Origin: Candidatus Hydrogenedentota bacterium
GTDB taxonomy: Bacteria; Hydrogenedentota; Hydrogenedentia; Hydrogenedentales; SLHB01
DNA length: 64,000 bases
Reading direction: 5' to 3'
NCBI GenBank assembly: GCA_963668025.2
Contig: CAXXTH010000018.1
Span: forward strand, 32,001 to 96,000
How positions within the stretch are numbered: the stretch's first letter is position 1; the number at the start of each line of letters is the position of its first letter. Position numbers and translations under genes: made by a program. Positions 1 to 9,117 of the stretch are shown here, piece by piece. The notes beneath the pieces are model-generated. The model saw only the letters and a list, made by a program, of their open reading frames with translations, ran no database searches and was not told where the DNA came from.

Positions 1-2
1 AG

Positions 3-524
3 ATGTCCATTAAGGACAGCTTGACCAGCCTGTACAATCAAGGCCATTTTTATGACCGGCTAAAAACCGAGATCGAACGCGCGAAACGCCAGAATCATCC
101 TCTTTCTCTTCTACTGCTTGATGTAGACCAGTTCAAGAGTTACAACGACTCCCATGGCCACCTTGAGGGGGACAAGGTGTTGAAAACGGTTGGGCAGGTC
201 ATTCGCAATTGCACTCGTGATCATGTCGATATCGGGTTCCGATATGGCGGCGATGAGTTTACGGTCATCCTTCCCGAGGCGGGTGAAGAACAGGCTACGG
301 TCATTGCTGAACGTATTCGCAAGGACTTCGAAACGTATCGTTTTGATCATTTGACCGTCAGTATTGGCGTAATGGCCTATCGTGAAATTTACTCGCTACG
401 CTCATTCATCCAATTCACCGACGCCAAAATGTACGATGCGAAGCGTTCGGGAGGCAACCGGGTGCGCGTATACCGGCCTGGCGAGCATGAAATGAAAGCG
501 CAGCCTGCTGGGGATGAGGAGTGA
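3..524 (+). CDS. Diguanylate cyclase, GGDEF domain (probably 5'-truncated by window edge)
   Basis: DSLTSLYN, DVDQFKSYNDSHGHLEGD and RYGGDEF motifs. Confidence 0.9.
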   Translation: MSIKDSLTSLYNQGHFYDRLKTEIERAKRQNHPLSLLLLDVDQFKSYNDSHGHLEGDKVLKTVGQVIRNCTRDHVDIGFRYGGDEFTVILPEAGEEQATVIAERIRKDFETYRFDHLTVSIGVMAYREIYSLRSFIQFTDAKMYDAKRSGGNRVRVYRPGEHEMKAQPAGDEE

Positions 525-1348
525 AGTTCGGAATCTGCTCCGAGATATTTCAGGCATGGAATGATCTGGAGCGGGCTATCGCCTACTCGAGGGCGCTAGG
601 ATATGACGGCATCGAGATCGCTCCTTTCACGCTGGCGCAAAAAGTAGCCGATATTCCGCAATCCGCACGGGAGCGTATTGTGCAAAAGGCGGATGAAGCG
701 GGCATCGAGATCATCGGCATTCATTGGATTCTTGTAGGGCCGGAAGGTTTATATATCAATCATCCAGATAAAGCGGTGCGCGGGCGGACGGTTCAATACC
801 TTCAAGAGTTAGCCCGGTTTTGCGGCGATATCGGAGGAAAACTCGCGATCTTCGGTTCACCCAAGCAGCGAAATGTACACCCTTCACTCACGTATGAGCA
901 AGCCTTTGAGTATGCCGTGGAGGCCTTTAAGCAAGCTGTTCCTGCATACGAAGAGCATGGAGTGACGCTGTGCATGGAGCCGCTCTCGACCGATGAAACC
1001 AATTTTTGCTGCACGGCGGCGCAAGCGGCTCAGTTGGCGGATGCCGTGGGCCATCCCTATTTCCGCATGATGCTTGATACGAAGGCCATGGCTACGGAAC
1101 AGGAAGACCGTCCGGCGCTCATCCGAAAATACGCCTCCTATCTTCGCCATTACCATGCCAACGACGCTAATCGCAATGGGCCGGGATGGGGCGATACGGA
1201 CTTCAAACCGATATTTCGAGCGCTCCATGACATTGGATATGATGGCTATGCTTCCGTCGAGGTGTTCAACTTTGAACCAGGCCCCGAAGCGATTGCGGTC
1301 CGTAGCCTAGCCTATATGAAAGAGCAGTGGGCCTCTATTCAGCCGTGA
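521..1348 (+). CDS. Sugar phosphate isomerase/epimerase (xylose isomerase-like TIM barrel, D-tagatose 3-epimerase-like)
   Basis: GYDGIEIAP, MEPL, MLDT, HYHAND, GYASVEVF metal-binding pattern; GTG start overlaps upstream stop. Confidence 0.85.
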   Translation: MKFGICSEIFQAWNDLERAIAYSRALGYDGIEIAPFTLAQKVADIPQSARERIVQKADEAGIEIIGIHWILVGPEGLYINHPDKAVRGRTVQYLQELARFCGDIGGKLAIFGSPKQRNVHPSLTYEQAFEYAVEAFKQAVPAYEEHGVTLCMEPLSTDETNFCCTAAQAAQLADAVGHPYFRMMLDTKAMATEQEDRPALIRKYASYLRHYHANDANRNGPGWGDTDFKPIFRALHDIGYDGYASVEVFNFEPGPEAIAVRSLAYMKEQWASIQP

Positions 1349-1385
1349 CAACATATTGCTCATCCGCGATATTCTGGATATGTGT

Positions 1386-2387
1386 TTATGTTTCCACGAG
1401 TTGCGGCTTGAGGATCAATGTGTCGGTGCCCGCAAAGACTTCCTGCAACTGCTCGAACATGGCTTCGTTCGCGTAGGTGCCCACGATGGCCCCGCCTGAG
1501 CCGCTGAATTTGGCGCTGGCGCCCACCGAACGCGCCCGCCGAACCATTTCCACATCCGCCGGATTCAGTACCGAGATGGAACTGCGTGTATCGAAATTGC
1601 TATCTAGCCACGGACCGATCTCCGCGCCACGGCCCGCGAGAAGAAGGGAGCGCACTTCTTCCGCGTAATGGGCGAAATTTTTCATTGCCTCGACAACCGC
1701 CGGTTCGCCATTCAGCCAGCGCTCGCGGATACGGTTGTGGAATACCTGCGAGCCTTCACTGAAACTGGTGCGATATGCAATATACAACGGAGGCAGGAGC
1801 GCCGGGTCGATGGGTTCGTAAATGCCAAACCCTTGGCGTTCCATGATTGTTTTGTCAAAATCCATATAGACGCAGCCTTCATACACCTGGATCACCCGAT
1901 CTTGAAGGCCTGCGGAAATCCCGAGCTGGTCACGTTCCACGCTGAGAATGAGATTAGGCAGTTCTGGCTTTGGGATATCCACTTCAAAAAACTCCATGAG
2001 ACAGCGCATGGCGGCTGTCACCAATGCGCTCGAGCCCGCCAGGCCGACATGGCGGGGGATGGTCGAGCGGTATCGGATCGAGAAATTCCGATCCGAAAGC
2101 TGGACACCTTTGGCGTCAAAATAGTCGACAAATCCGCGAATGGCCGCCTTCATCAGCCGTATGCCGCCGTAATAACCATACGCATTAACATCCTCGACCA
2201 ATTCACGGAGAGAACCATACCGGGAGCGGTCGCGCACACTGGGTATGAGTTCGAGTTCGGCATTTTCGTATATGCTCACCATGGCGCTGAAATTGCGTAT
2301 AATGAAGCTGATCGTTTTGCCATAATATCCGTCCGAAGGATTTCCGATGAGGCCCGCTCGAGCGTAAGCCGTTGCTTGGCATGCCAT
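1386..2387 (-). CDS. GHMP-family kinase, glucuronokinase-like
   Basis: ARAGLIGNPSDGYYG, IPRHVGLAGSSA (GHMP motif), GLQDR, KFSGSGGA. Confidence 0.8.
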   Translation of the reverse strand: MACQATAYARAGLIGNPSDGYYGKTISFIIRNFSAMVSIYENAELELIPSVRDRSRYGSLRELVEDVNAYGYYGGIRLMKAAIRGFVDYFDAKGVQLSDRNFSIRYRSTIPRHVGLAGSSALVTAAMRCLMEFFEVDIPKPELPNLILSVERDQLGISAGLQDRVIQVYEGCVYMDFDKTIMERQGFGIYEPIDPALLPPLYIAYRTSFSEGSQVFHNRIRERWLNGEPAVVEAMKNFAHYAEEVRSLLLAGRGAEIGPWLDSNFDTRSSISVLNPADVEMVRRARSVGASAKFSGSGGAIVGTYANEAMFEQLQEVFAGTDTLILKPQLVET

Positions 2388-2832
2388 TATGCGATACTCC
2401 CGATCATGCGTTCATACCAGGTGCAGGAAATCCCATGCTGGCATGACACGGCCCGATTTTTCCATGGCGTATTCGGCGCTACAGTGAAAAACATGGTTTT
2501 CACAGTTGGGAGAGCCTAACACACGCGATACAGGACTGCAACTAACGGAGCTGGCGTAAACGTAAGAAAACAGGGCGCAATGAATAGTTCAATGATATGT
2601 TGGTTTTCAATATGATTATAGCCTGCTCCGGCGAAAATGGTGAGAATATCTTGCGGAAAATGATATAATTGCTTCAATGGATTGAGGAGATAGCGGATTT
2701 ATCTCAGTTTTGACAGCGATTATCGAGAAGGTGGAAGCCCACAAGAGCGGGGCAAAAAAAACTTTTTGCCTGGTGCTCGACATTTTTTTTGCCCATCATC
2801 CCAGTGTCAGCGATGCTGCTTCAGGGGGTAAA

Positions 2833-4938
2833 ATGACTATGCATGGAATAGGAGGTTGCACCAGACGAATCTTCTCATATGTGGCCTTCGCCTTGTTGTT
2901 CTTCCCGGTCATTGGTATTTCCTCGGCGAGCGCTGATTCCCAGGTGGTGTCTGTCGGCGTATACGAAAACGCCCCGAAGGTCTTTGTTGATGAATCGGGC
3001 AAGCCTGCGGGTATCTTTATAGAGATCATCGAATACATCGCGAAAAAGGAAGGCTGGGAGCTGCACTATGTTACGGGCACTTGGGGGGAAGGGCTAGACC
3101 GGTTGCAAAGAGGTGAGATCGATCTTATGCCCGATGTCGCTTATACATCGGAAAGGGAAAAACTTTATGCCTTTCACAAGATTCCGGTGCTGTCTTCCTG
3201 GTACCAGGTGTATGCGCGCAAGGGTAGTAACATCAAATCGATTATGGATTTAGCCGGGAAACGAGTCGTTGTTCTAGAACGTTCCGTGCAGGAAGCGGCC
3301 TTTACCCAACTGTCCAACGGCTTCGGGCTGAAAACCACCCTCATTCCTTTGCCGGATTACAAAACCAGCTTCGAAAAGGTCGCCAAAGGGGAAGCGGATG
3401 CGGCCATTACCAATCGCTTCTTTGGGATGATGCATGCCCGGCAGTTCGGGTTAGAAGATACGGCGATCATGTTTCAGCCGTCCGACCTCTTTTTCGCAGC
3501 GCCCCTGGAAGGCCGTAAGCCATTATTGGACGCCATTGATGCAGATCTTACCCTTCTGAAGGAAGATTCCAAATCGATATACTACAGGTCCATGGAACGG
3601 TGGACTTCTGAAAAAGTCTCTTTTACTTTGCCAATCTGGGTCAAGATAACCGGCTTGGTCGTGGGAACCGTCCTGCTCATGAGCTTAGTGGGCAGCGTAG
3701 TGCTCAAGCGCCAGGTGAATGCCCGTACCAAGGCATTATCCGAACAAAATGAGCAGATGGCCATCATCAACCGGACGCTGCGCAGCAGCGAGGAGCAATT
3801 CCGCCTGATCATGGAGAACCTGTCCGATATGGTGGCAGTGATCGATCTGCACGGCCGCCGCCTTTATAATAGCCCCTCCTACTGCTCGATTTTAGGTGAT
3901 CCCGAAAAGCTGCGTGGAACGTCGTCGTTCGAGCAAGTGCATCCGGACGATACAGCCCGGGTGCGGCAAGCGTTCCAGGATACGATCAGCACGGGCATAG
4001 GGAAGCGGCTGGATTATCACCTGATAGATGCGAATGGGCAGATACGGCACATCGAGTCGCAGTCGAATGCGATCCACGATGCGCATGGCCTGGTGTCGCA
4101 GGTGCTGGTGGTTTCCCGCGATGTAACGGAACGGCGGCAAGCAGAAGAAGCGATCCGAGAACTAAATGCCCGTCTAGAGCAGCGTGTGGCGGAACGCACC
4201 GCCGAACTAGCGGTGGCCCGGGACCGCGCCGAGGCGGCGGACCGTATCAAGTCTGCTTTCCTGGCTACGATGAGCCACGAACTGCGCACCCCGCTCAACT
4301 CCATTATCGGATTTACCGGCATCCTGCTCCAAGGGCTGGCCGGGCCATTGAATGAGGAGCAGCAAAAGCAATTGCGCATGGTGCAAAACAGTTCCCGGCA
4401 TCTTCTAGCCCTGATCAACGATGTGCTGGATATTTCCAAAATCGAGGCGGGCCAATTATCCCTTTCATTTTCGTGCTTTGAATTGCGGCCTTCCATTCAA
4501 AAAATGGCTGAGCTGGTTTCGCCGCTGGCGGAACAAAAGGGACTCGAACTGAGATTGGAAATCGCCGATGATATCGCTTCCGTGACCTCGGATCAGCGCC
4601 GTTTAGAACAGATTATTCTCAATTTACTCAACAATGCCGTCAAATTCACCGAACAAGGGCATGTCCAGATTTCCTGCCGAACGGACAACGAGCAGTATCT
4701 CCTCTCTGTTTCAGATAGCGGCATCGGCATTAAGCCGGAAGAAATAGCCGGGCTTTTTCAACCATTTCACCAAATCGATACGGGCCTGTCACGCAAGCAT
4801 GAGGGAACGGGCCTTGGGCTTTCCATATGCAAAAAATTGATCGAGATGATGGGCGGCGCCATTGATGTGCAAAGCCGGTGGGGCGAGGGCAGCATCTTCA
4901 CCATTCGTTTTCCGAGACATTCAGGAGTCTTGTCATGA
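2833..4938 (+). CDS. Sensor histidine kinase (periplasmic substrate-binding domain, TM, PAS, HisKA, HATPase)
   Basis: FLATMSHELRTPLN H-box, NLLNNAVKFT N-box, DSGIG and GTGLGLSI G-boxes; start placed at ATG 2833 after GGGGG. Confidence 0.9.
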   Translation: MTMHGIGGCTRRIFSYVAFALLFFPVIGISSASADSQVVSVGVYENAPKVFVDESGKPAGIFIEIIEYIAKKEGWELHYVTGTWGEGLDRLQRGEIDLMPDVAYTSEREKLYAFHKIPVLSSWYQVYARKGSNIKSIMDLAGKRVVVLERSVQEAAFTQLSNGFGLKTTLIPLPDYKTSFEKVAKGEADAAITNRFFGMMHARQFGLEDTAIMFQPSDLFFAAPLEGRKPLLDAIDADLTLLKEDSKSIYYRSMERWTSEKVSFTLPIWVKITGLVVGTVLLMSLVGSVVLKRQVNARTKALSEQNEQMAIINRTLRSSEEQFRLIMENLSDMVAVIDLHGRRLYNSPSYCSILGDPEKLRGTSSFEQVHPDDTARVRQAFQDTISTGIGKRLDYHLIDANGQIRHIESQSNAIHDAHGLVSQVLVVSRDVTERRQAEEAIRELNARLEQRVAERTAELAVARDRAEAADRIKSAFLATMSHELRTPLNSIIGFTGILLQGLAGPLNEEQQKQLRMVQNSSRHLLALINDVLDISKIEAGQLSLSFSCFELRPSIQKMAELVSPLAEQKGLELRLEIADDIASVTSDQRRLEQIILNLLNNAVKFTEQGHVQISCRTDNEQYLLSVSDSGIGIKPEEIAGLFQPFHQIDTGLSRKHEGTGLGLSICKKLIEMMGGAIDVQSRWGEGSIFTIRFPRHSGVLS

Positions 4939-5306
4939 GCGGCCAATTGCTTATTATCGAAGACAATCCGCAGAATTCCTACATGATGCGCTTTTTGTTG
5001 GAAAAAAACGGATTTTCCGTCATCATCGCAGAAAACGGACGCGATGGCATAGATGCGGCTATATGCCACAAGCCGGAGGCTATTTTGCTCGATATCCAGT
5101 TGCCTGAGATGGACGGCTACGCCGTGGCGGAAGAACTTAAAAAGCACCCCGAACTGGCGGAGGTGCCTATTATTGCAGTGACTTCTTACGCCATGGTGGG
5201 GGATCGGGAACGGATTCTGGCCGCGGGCGCCACTGGTTACATCGAAAAACCCATCAATCCAGAGACCTTTGTGGCTGAGATTATCCAATATATGCCAAAG
5301 GGCTGA
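4935..5306 (+). CDS. Single-domain response regulator (CheY/DivK-like)
   Basis: IIEDN, LLDIQLPEMDG, IEKP; AGGAG RBS, ATGA overlap with kinase stop. Confidence 0.9.
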   Translation: MSGQLLIIEDNPQNSYMMRFLLEKNGFSVIIAENGRDGIDAAICHKPEAILLDIQLPEMDGYAVAEELKKHPELAEVPIIAVTSYAMVGDRERILAAGATGYIEKPINPETFVAEIIQYMPKG

Positions 5307-5323
5307 GATGATCATAGGGAGAA

Positions 5324-7390
5324 ATGGCAATGAACATCTTGATCGTTGACGATCATCAAGAAAACTTGTATTTACTGGAAAGCTTGCTCAGGGGAAGCGG
5401 GCACCATGTGTGGTCGGCATTAAATGGCGCCGAGGCCCTTGATATACTCAAGGCACAGGGGATCGATTTGATCGTTAGTGATATTCTTATGCCGGTAATG
5501 GATGGCTTTCAACTGTGCCGGAAAATAAAAACCGATGAGGCCCTGCGCACCATCCCGTTTATCATTTACACCGCCACCTACACCGGGCCCAGAGATGAAG
5601 CATTCGCGTTAAAAATTGGTGCGGACCGCTTTATAGAAAAGCCATGCGAGCCTGAAGTGTTCATGGCGGCGGTGGGCGAAGTAATAGCTGCTTCCAAGCG
5701 TAACGGCTGCGCCTCGCCTGCGCCACAGATCGAGGAAGAAGAAGCGCTCAAACTATACAGCGAGCGGCTGGTGAGAAAGCTCGAACAGAAAGTGCTGGAG
5801 GCGGAACGCGAAATCGAGGGGCGCCAAGAGGCCGAAAAAGCCCTCCGTGAAAGCGAAGCAAGGCTGATTGCAGCCCAGCGCTTGGCAAAGATGGGCGATT
5901 TTGTATGGGATGTGGAAACCGGGGAAATCGCCTGCTCTGATGCTCTATTTGAACTGTTGGGATATGATAAATCCGAAACCATCGATTACGCCAAAGTAAA
6001 TGCAGAGATCCATCATCCGGATGATCTCGCGCATGTGACCCAATGGATCGATGCCAGCATTGCATCCGGCAAAAACGAATTGCCCCCCAATGAGTACCGG
6101 ATCATTCGAAAAGACGGTGAGATGCTCTTTGTTCGCACCGTGGGCACGATCAGGCATAGGCCGGGGAGAAAGCCGGAGATTTTTGCCACCGTCCAGGACA
6201 TCACCGAGCGCAAGCGGGTGGAGGAAGAGCGTGAGAGCTTGCAGTCCCAGTTGACCCAGTCGCAGAAGATGGAAGCTGTGGGGCAATTGGCGGGAGGCGT
6301 GGCCCATGATCTCAACAACATCTTGCAGGCGATGATGGGCTATACCCAGATGATGATTGACTCAGCCCATGAAAAGGGCGAAATGTGTGAGGAGGTCGCC
6401 GAGATTGATAAAGGAATTGAGCGGGCGGCGGCGCTGACGCGGCAGCTTCTTGCATTCAGCCGGCGGCAGGTGGCGCAGCCGAGAGTCCTCGATATGAATG
6501 CCCTCGTTGAAAACTTATTGAAGATGATTCGGAGGGTTATCGGGGAGCACATTGAAATGGAATGGCTTCCGGGGAACCGCCTGGGTGCGGTCCATGCGGA
6601 TGCCGGGATGCTCGAACAGCTTTTGATTAATTTATGTGTCAACGCCCGTGACGCCATGCCGCAAGGCGGCGCGTTGAACATCGAAACGCAGAATGTGCGG
6701 ATTGATTCCGATTACTGTGCAAGCCATATTTGGGCGAAGCCCGGGCGTTATGTCATGCTTAGCATTACGGATACGGGCTGCGGCATGGACAAAGAAACGC
6801 TGAAGCATATTTTTGAACCTTTCTTCACCACCAAGCAAGAAGGCAAGGGAACTGGCTTGGGATTGGCGACAGTTTATGGAATCGTGAAACAACACGATGG
6901 CATGATCAACCCATACAGCGAAGTAGGAAAGGGCACCACATTCAAGATCTATCTGCCGATCTGTGAACAAAAAGCGGAGATGATAGGCCAGATGCTCGAA
7001 GGCCCCGTGGCTGGGGGCAATGAGACCATCCTGCTGGCTGAGGACGATGAGTCTGTCCGCGTATTGGGCGCGAGAATTCTCGAGCATGCTGGTTACCGTA
7101 TATATACGGCGAGCAATGGCGAAGAGGCCGTGGTTCTTTTCAGGCAGCATTCCGCCGAGATCAACCTGTTGATTCTCGATGTGGTCATGCCCAAAATGGG
7201 AGGACGCGAAGCGTACGAACGCATTCAGGGCATCCGCGCGGGCTTGCCTGTTCTTTTCTCCAGCGGCTATAGTGCAAACGCAATACACACCAACTTTGTT
7301 TTGCATGAAGGGCTACAGTTGATCCAGAAGCCCTATTCGTCCATGATGCTATTGCGCACCGTCCGAACAGTACTGGACCATAGATGCTGA
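5324..7390 (+). CDS. Hybrid sensor kinase REC-PAS-HisKA-HATPase-REC
   Basis: N-terminal IVDD/SDILMP, AGGVAHDLNN, NARDAMP, FFTTK, GTGLGL, C-terminal LDVVMP. Confidence 0.9.
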   Translation: MAMNILIVDDHQENLYLLESLLRGSGHHVWSALNGAEALDILKAQGIDLIVSDILMPVMDGFQLCRKIKTDEALRTIPFIIYTATYTGPRDEAFALKIGADRFIEKPCEPEVFMAAVGEVIAASKRNGCASPAPQIEEEEALKLYSERLVRKLEQKVLEAEREIEGRQEAEKALRESEARLIAAQRLAKMGDFVWDVETGEIACSDALFELLGYDKSETIDYAKVNAEIHHPDDLAHVTQWIDASIASGKNELPPNEYRIIRKDGEMLFVRTVGTIRHRPGRKPEIFATVQDITERKRVEEERESLQSQLTQSQKMEAVGQLAGGVAHDLNNILQAMMGYTQMMIDSAHEKGEMCEEVAEIDKGIERAAALTRQLLAFSRRQVAQPRVLDMNALVENLLKMIRRVIGEHIEMEWLPGNRLGAVHADAGMLEQLLINLCVNARDAMPQGGALNIETQNVRIDSDYCASHIWAKPGRYVMLSITDTGCGMDKETLKHIFEPFFTTKQEGKGTGLGLATVYGIVKQHDGMINPYSEVGKGTTFKIYLPICEQKAEMIGQMLEGPVAGGNETILLAEDDESVRVLGARILEHAGYRIYTASNGEEAVVLFRQHSAEINLLILDVVMPKMGGREAYERIQGIRAGLPVLFSSGYSANAIHTNFVLHEGLQLIQKPYSSMMLLRTVRTVLDHRC

Positions 7391-7544
7391 TATACCCGAA
7401 TCGCCGGATAAGGAGGGGCAAGCCTTTGCTCGTCCATCAGAAAACCATCTATTTTATACCGAATTCGCGTTCCTGCTCATTCTCTGATTGAGTGTTTTCA
7501 AGGAATCGTGAATTCGTTATTTGTCGCGCTAAATTCAACCCAAT

Positions 7545-7728
7545 CGTCATCCCCGCGAAAGGGCCTGTCGATTAAGCCCCAGAAACCAGATTCAGCGCCA
7601 GTTTTGGGCCATCGAAATACCTCAACGGCGCTGCGATCGCACAATCTGGGGCATTCCTCGAAGCCGGATTCTTCTAAGCACTACACGTCTAATACATTAA
7701 ATCGACAGGCCCTTTCGCGGGGATGACG
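7545..7728. repeat. 184-bp element bounded by perfect 29-bp inverted repeats (MITE/REP-like)
   Basis: CGTCATCCCCGCGAAAGGGCCTGTCGATT at 7545-7573; exact reverse complement at 7700-7728. Confidence 0.85.
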
Positions 7729-7837
7729 CAGTGATAGTACATTGGTTTTATTGTCGTATTCTTCCCCGGCGATTCGGAGATATCCATCAGATTTGATAGG
7801 AGTTCCCCCAACACCGGAGAATTTACTATTTGCGTAG

Positions 7838-8173
7838 CTATCTTATGCAGGCATTCACCTTGGAAACAAGTGGAGCAGGATCTTGCGGTGCGCCGGTAGT
7901 CCACACGGGACTGGCGAAAGCCCTGCGCGTGATTGGCTTGGCGGTGGTCGTGGCCGTGGACAGCATCCGGTGGCCGTGATTGAGCAACTCCGTCACAATA
8001 TGCCCGAGTTCGTGGGTCTTGCCCGTGCCCGGCGGCGAAATCGTTTGTGGAACAGCGCACAAATGAAGACGGCCCTCAGTTGTGGCTTTTGTTATACGAG
8101 CCTTTACGCCAAGTTCCGCTTGATATTGTTGATCTTGGACGAACGATATGGTGAGATAGAAGAGTTGGTGCAA
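7838..8173 (-). pseudogene. Possible remnant of a superfamily-1 (AAA_11-like) helicase
   Basis: SPPGTGKTH Walker A followed by HIVTELLNHGHRMLSTATT, resembling GPPGTGK...LL..G.RVLVTA; no further helicase motifs. Confidence 0.35.
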
Positions 8174-8202
8174 ACCGGAACATCGGAACAGAAGGGATTG
8201 TC

Positions 8203-9081
8203 ATGTCTGATTCCATAGAATTGCTGATCGATGGAAGAGCTGCCTTGGGTGAAGGAGCGATCTGGGACTCGCAGAAGAAAGTGCTCTATTGGGTGGATAT
8301 AATAAATGGCGAGGTTCACATCTATGACCCTGTTGAGCATCATGATCGTGTGATTCCGGTGGAGCAGCAGGCCGGAACAGTCGTGCCTTGTAAATCAGGA
8401 GGCCTTATGCTGGCTCTGCATCATGGTTTCGCTCATCTTGACCTCGAAACCGAAGAAATGAAGCTTATCTCTGATCCAGAACAGGATATCCCCGGGAACA
8501 GATTCAACGACGGCAAGTGCGATCCGGCCGGGCGTTTTTGGGCCGGGACGATTTCCATGGAGGATAAATCCGACATGAGTGCGCTGTATCGCATGGATGC
8601 GGATTATTCCGTCCATAAGATGCTGGACAAGATCAGCATCTCAAATGGCATCGCTTGGTCTTTGGATCACAAGACCATGTACTACATTGACAGCCCTACG
8701 CGGAGAGTCGATGCTTTTTATTACGACATGGACACGGGTGGCATTTCAAAGCGTCGGCCGGTGGTTTCCGTGCCCGAAGAAATGGGGCTTCCGGATGGTA
8801 TGACCTTGGATGCGGAGGGCATGATCTGGGTTGCTCTTTGGGAAGGCAGCGCCGTGGCCCGCTGGAATCCGGCAAACGGTGAGTTGCTTGAGGTGATTAA
8901 CATACCGGCATCGAGAGTCACATCATGCGCTTTTGGAGGCGCCAATCTAGATGAATTATATGTGACCACGGCGCGTATTGGCCTGAACGACGAGGAGTTG
9001 CAGGCCCAACCTCAAGCTGGCGGCCTTTTCCGAGCCAAGCCGGGCCTTCGCGGTATTCCCGCCTATGAATTCGGCGGATAA
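8203..9081 (+). CDS. SMP-30/gluconolactonase/LRE family sugar lactonase
   Basis: LGEGAIWD, RFNDGKCDPAGRFWAGT, SNGIAWS, PDGMTLDAEG, TSCAFGG. Confidence 0.92.
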   Translation: MSDSIELLIDGRAALGEGAIWDSQKKVLYWVDIINGEVHIYDPVEHHDRVIPVEQQAGTVVPCKSGGLMLALHHGFAHLDLETEEMKLISDPEQDIPGNRFNDGKCDPAGRFWAGTISMEDKSDMSALYRMDADYSVHKMLDKISISNGIAWSLDHKTMYYIDSPTRRVDAFYYDMDTGGISKRRPVVSVPEEMGLPDGMTLDAEGMIWVALWEGSAVARWNPANGELLEVINIPASRVTSCAFGGANLDELYVTTARIGLNDEELQAQPQAGGLFRAKPGLRGIPAYEFGG

Positions 9082-9117
9082 ATCCGTTCAGGCCCGTTCC
9101 TATTATCGATGATCGGA

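Noticed and set aside
1668-2519. 283-aa plus-strand ORF
   Set aside because: Shadow of the GHMP kinase on the opposite strand.
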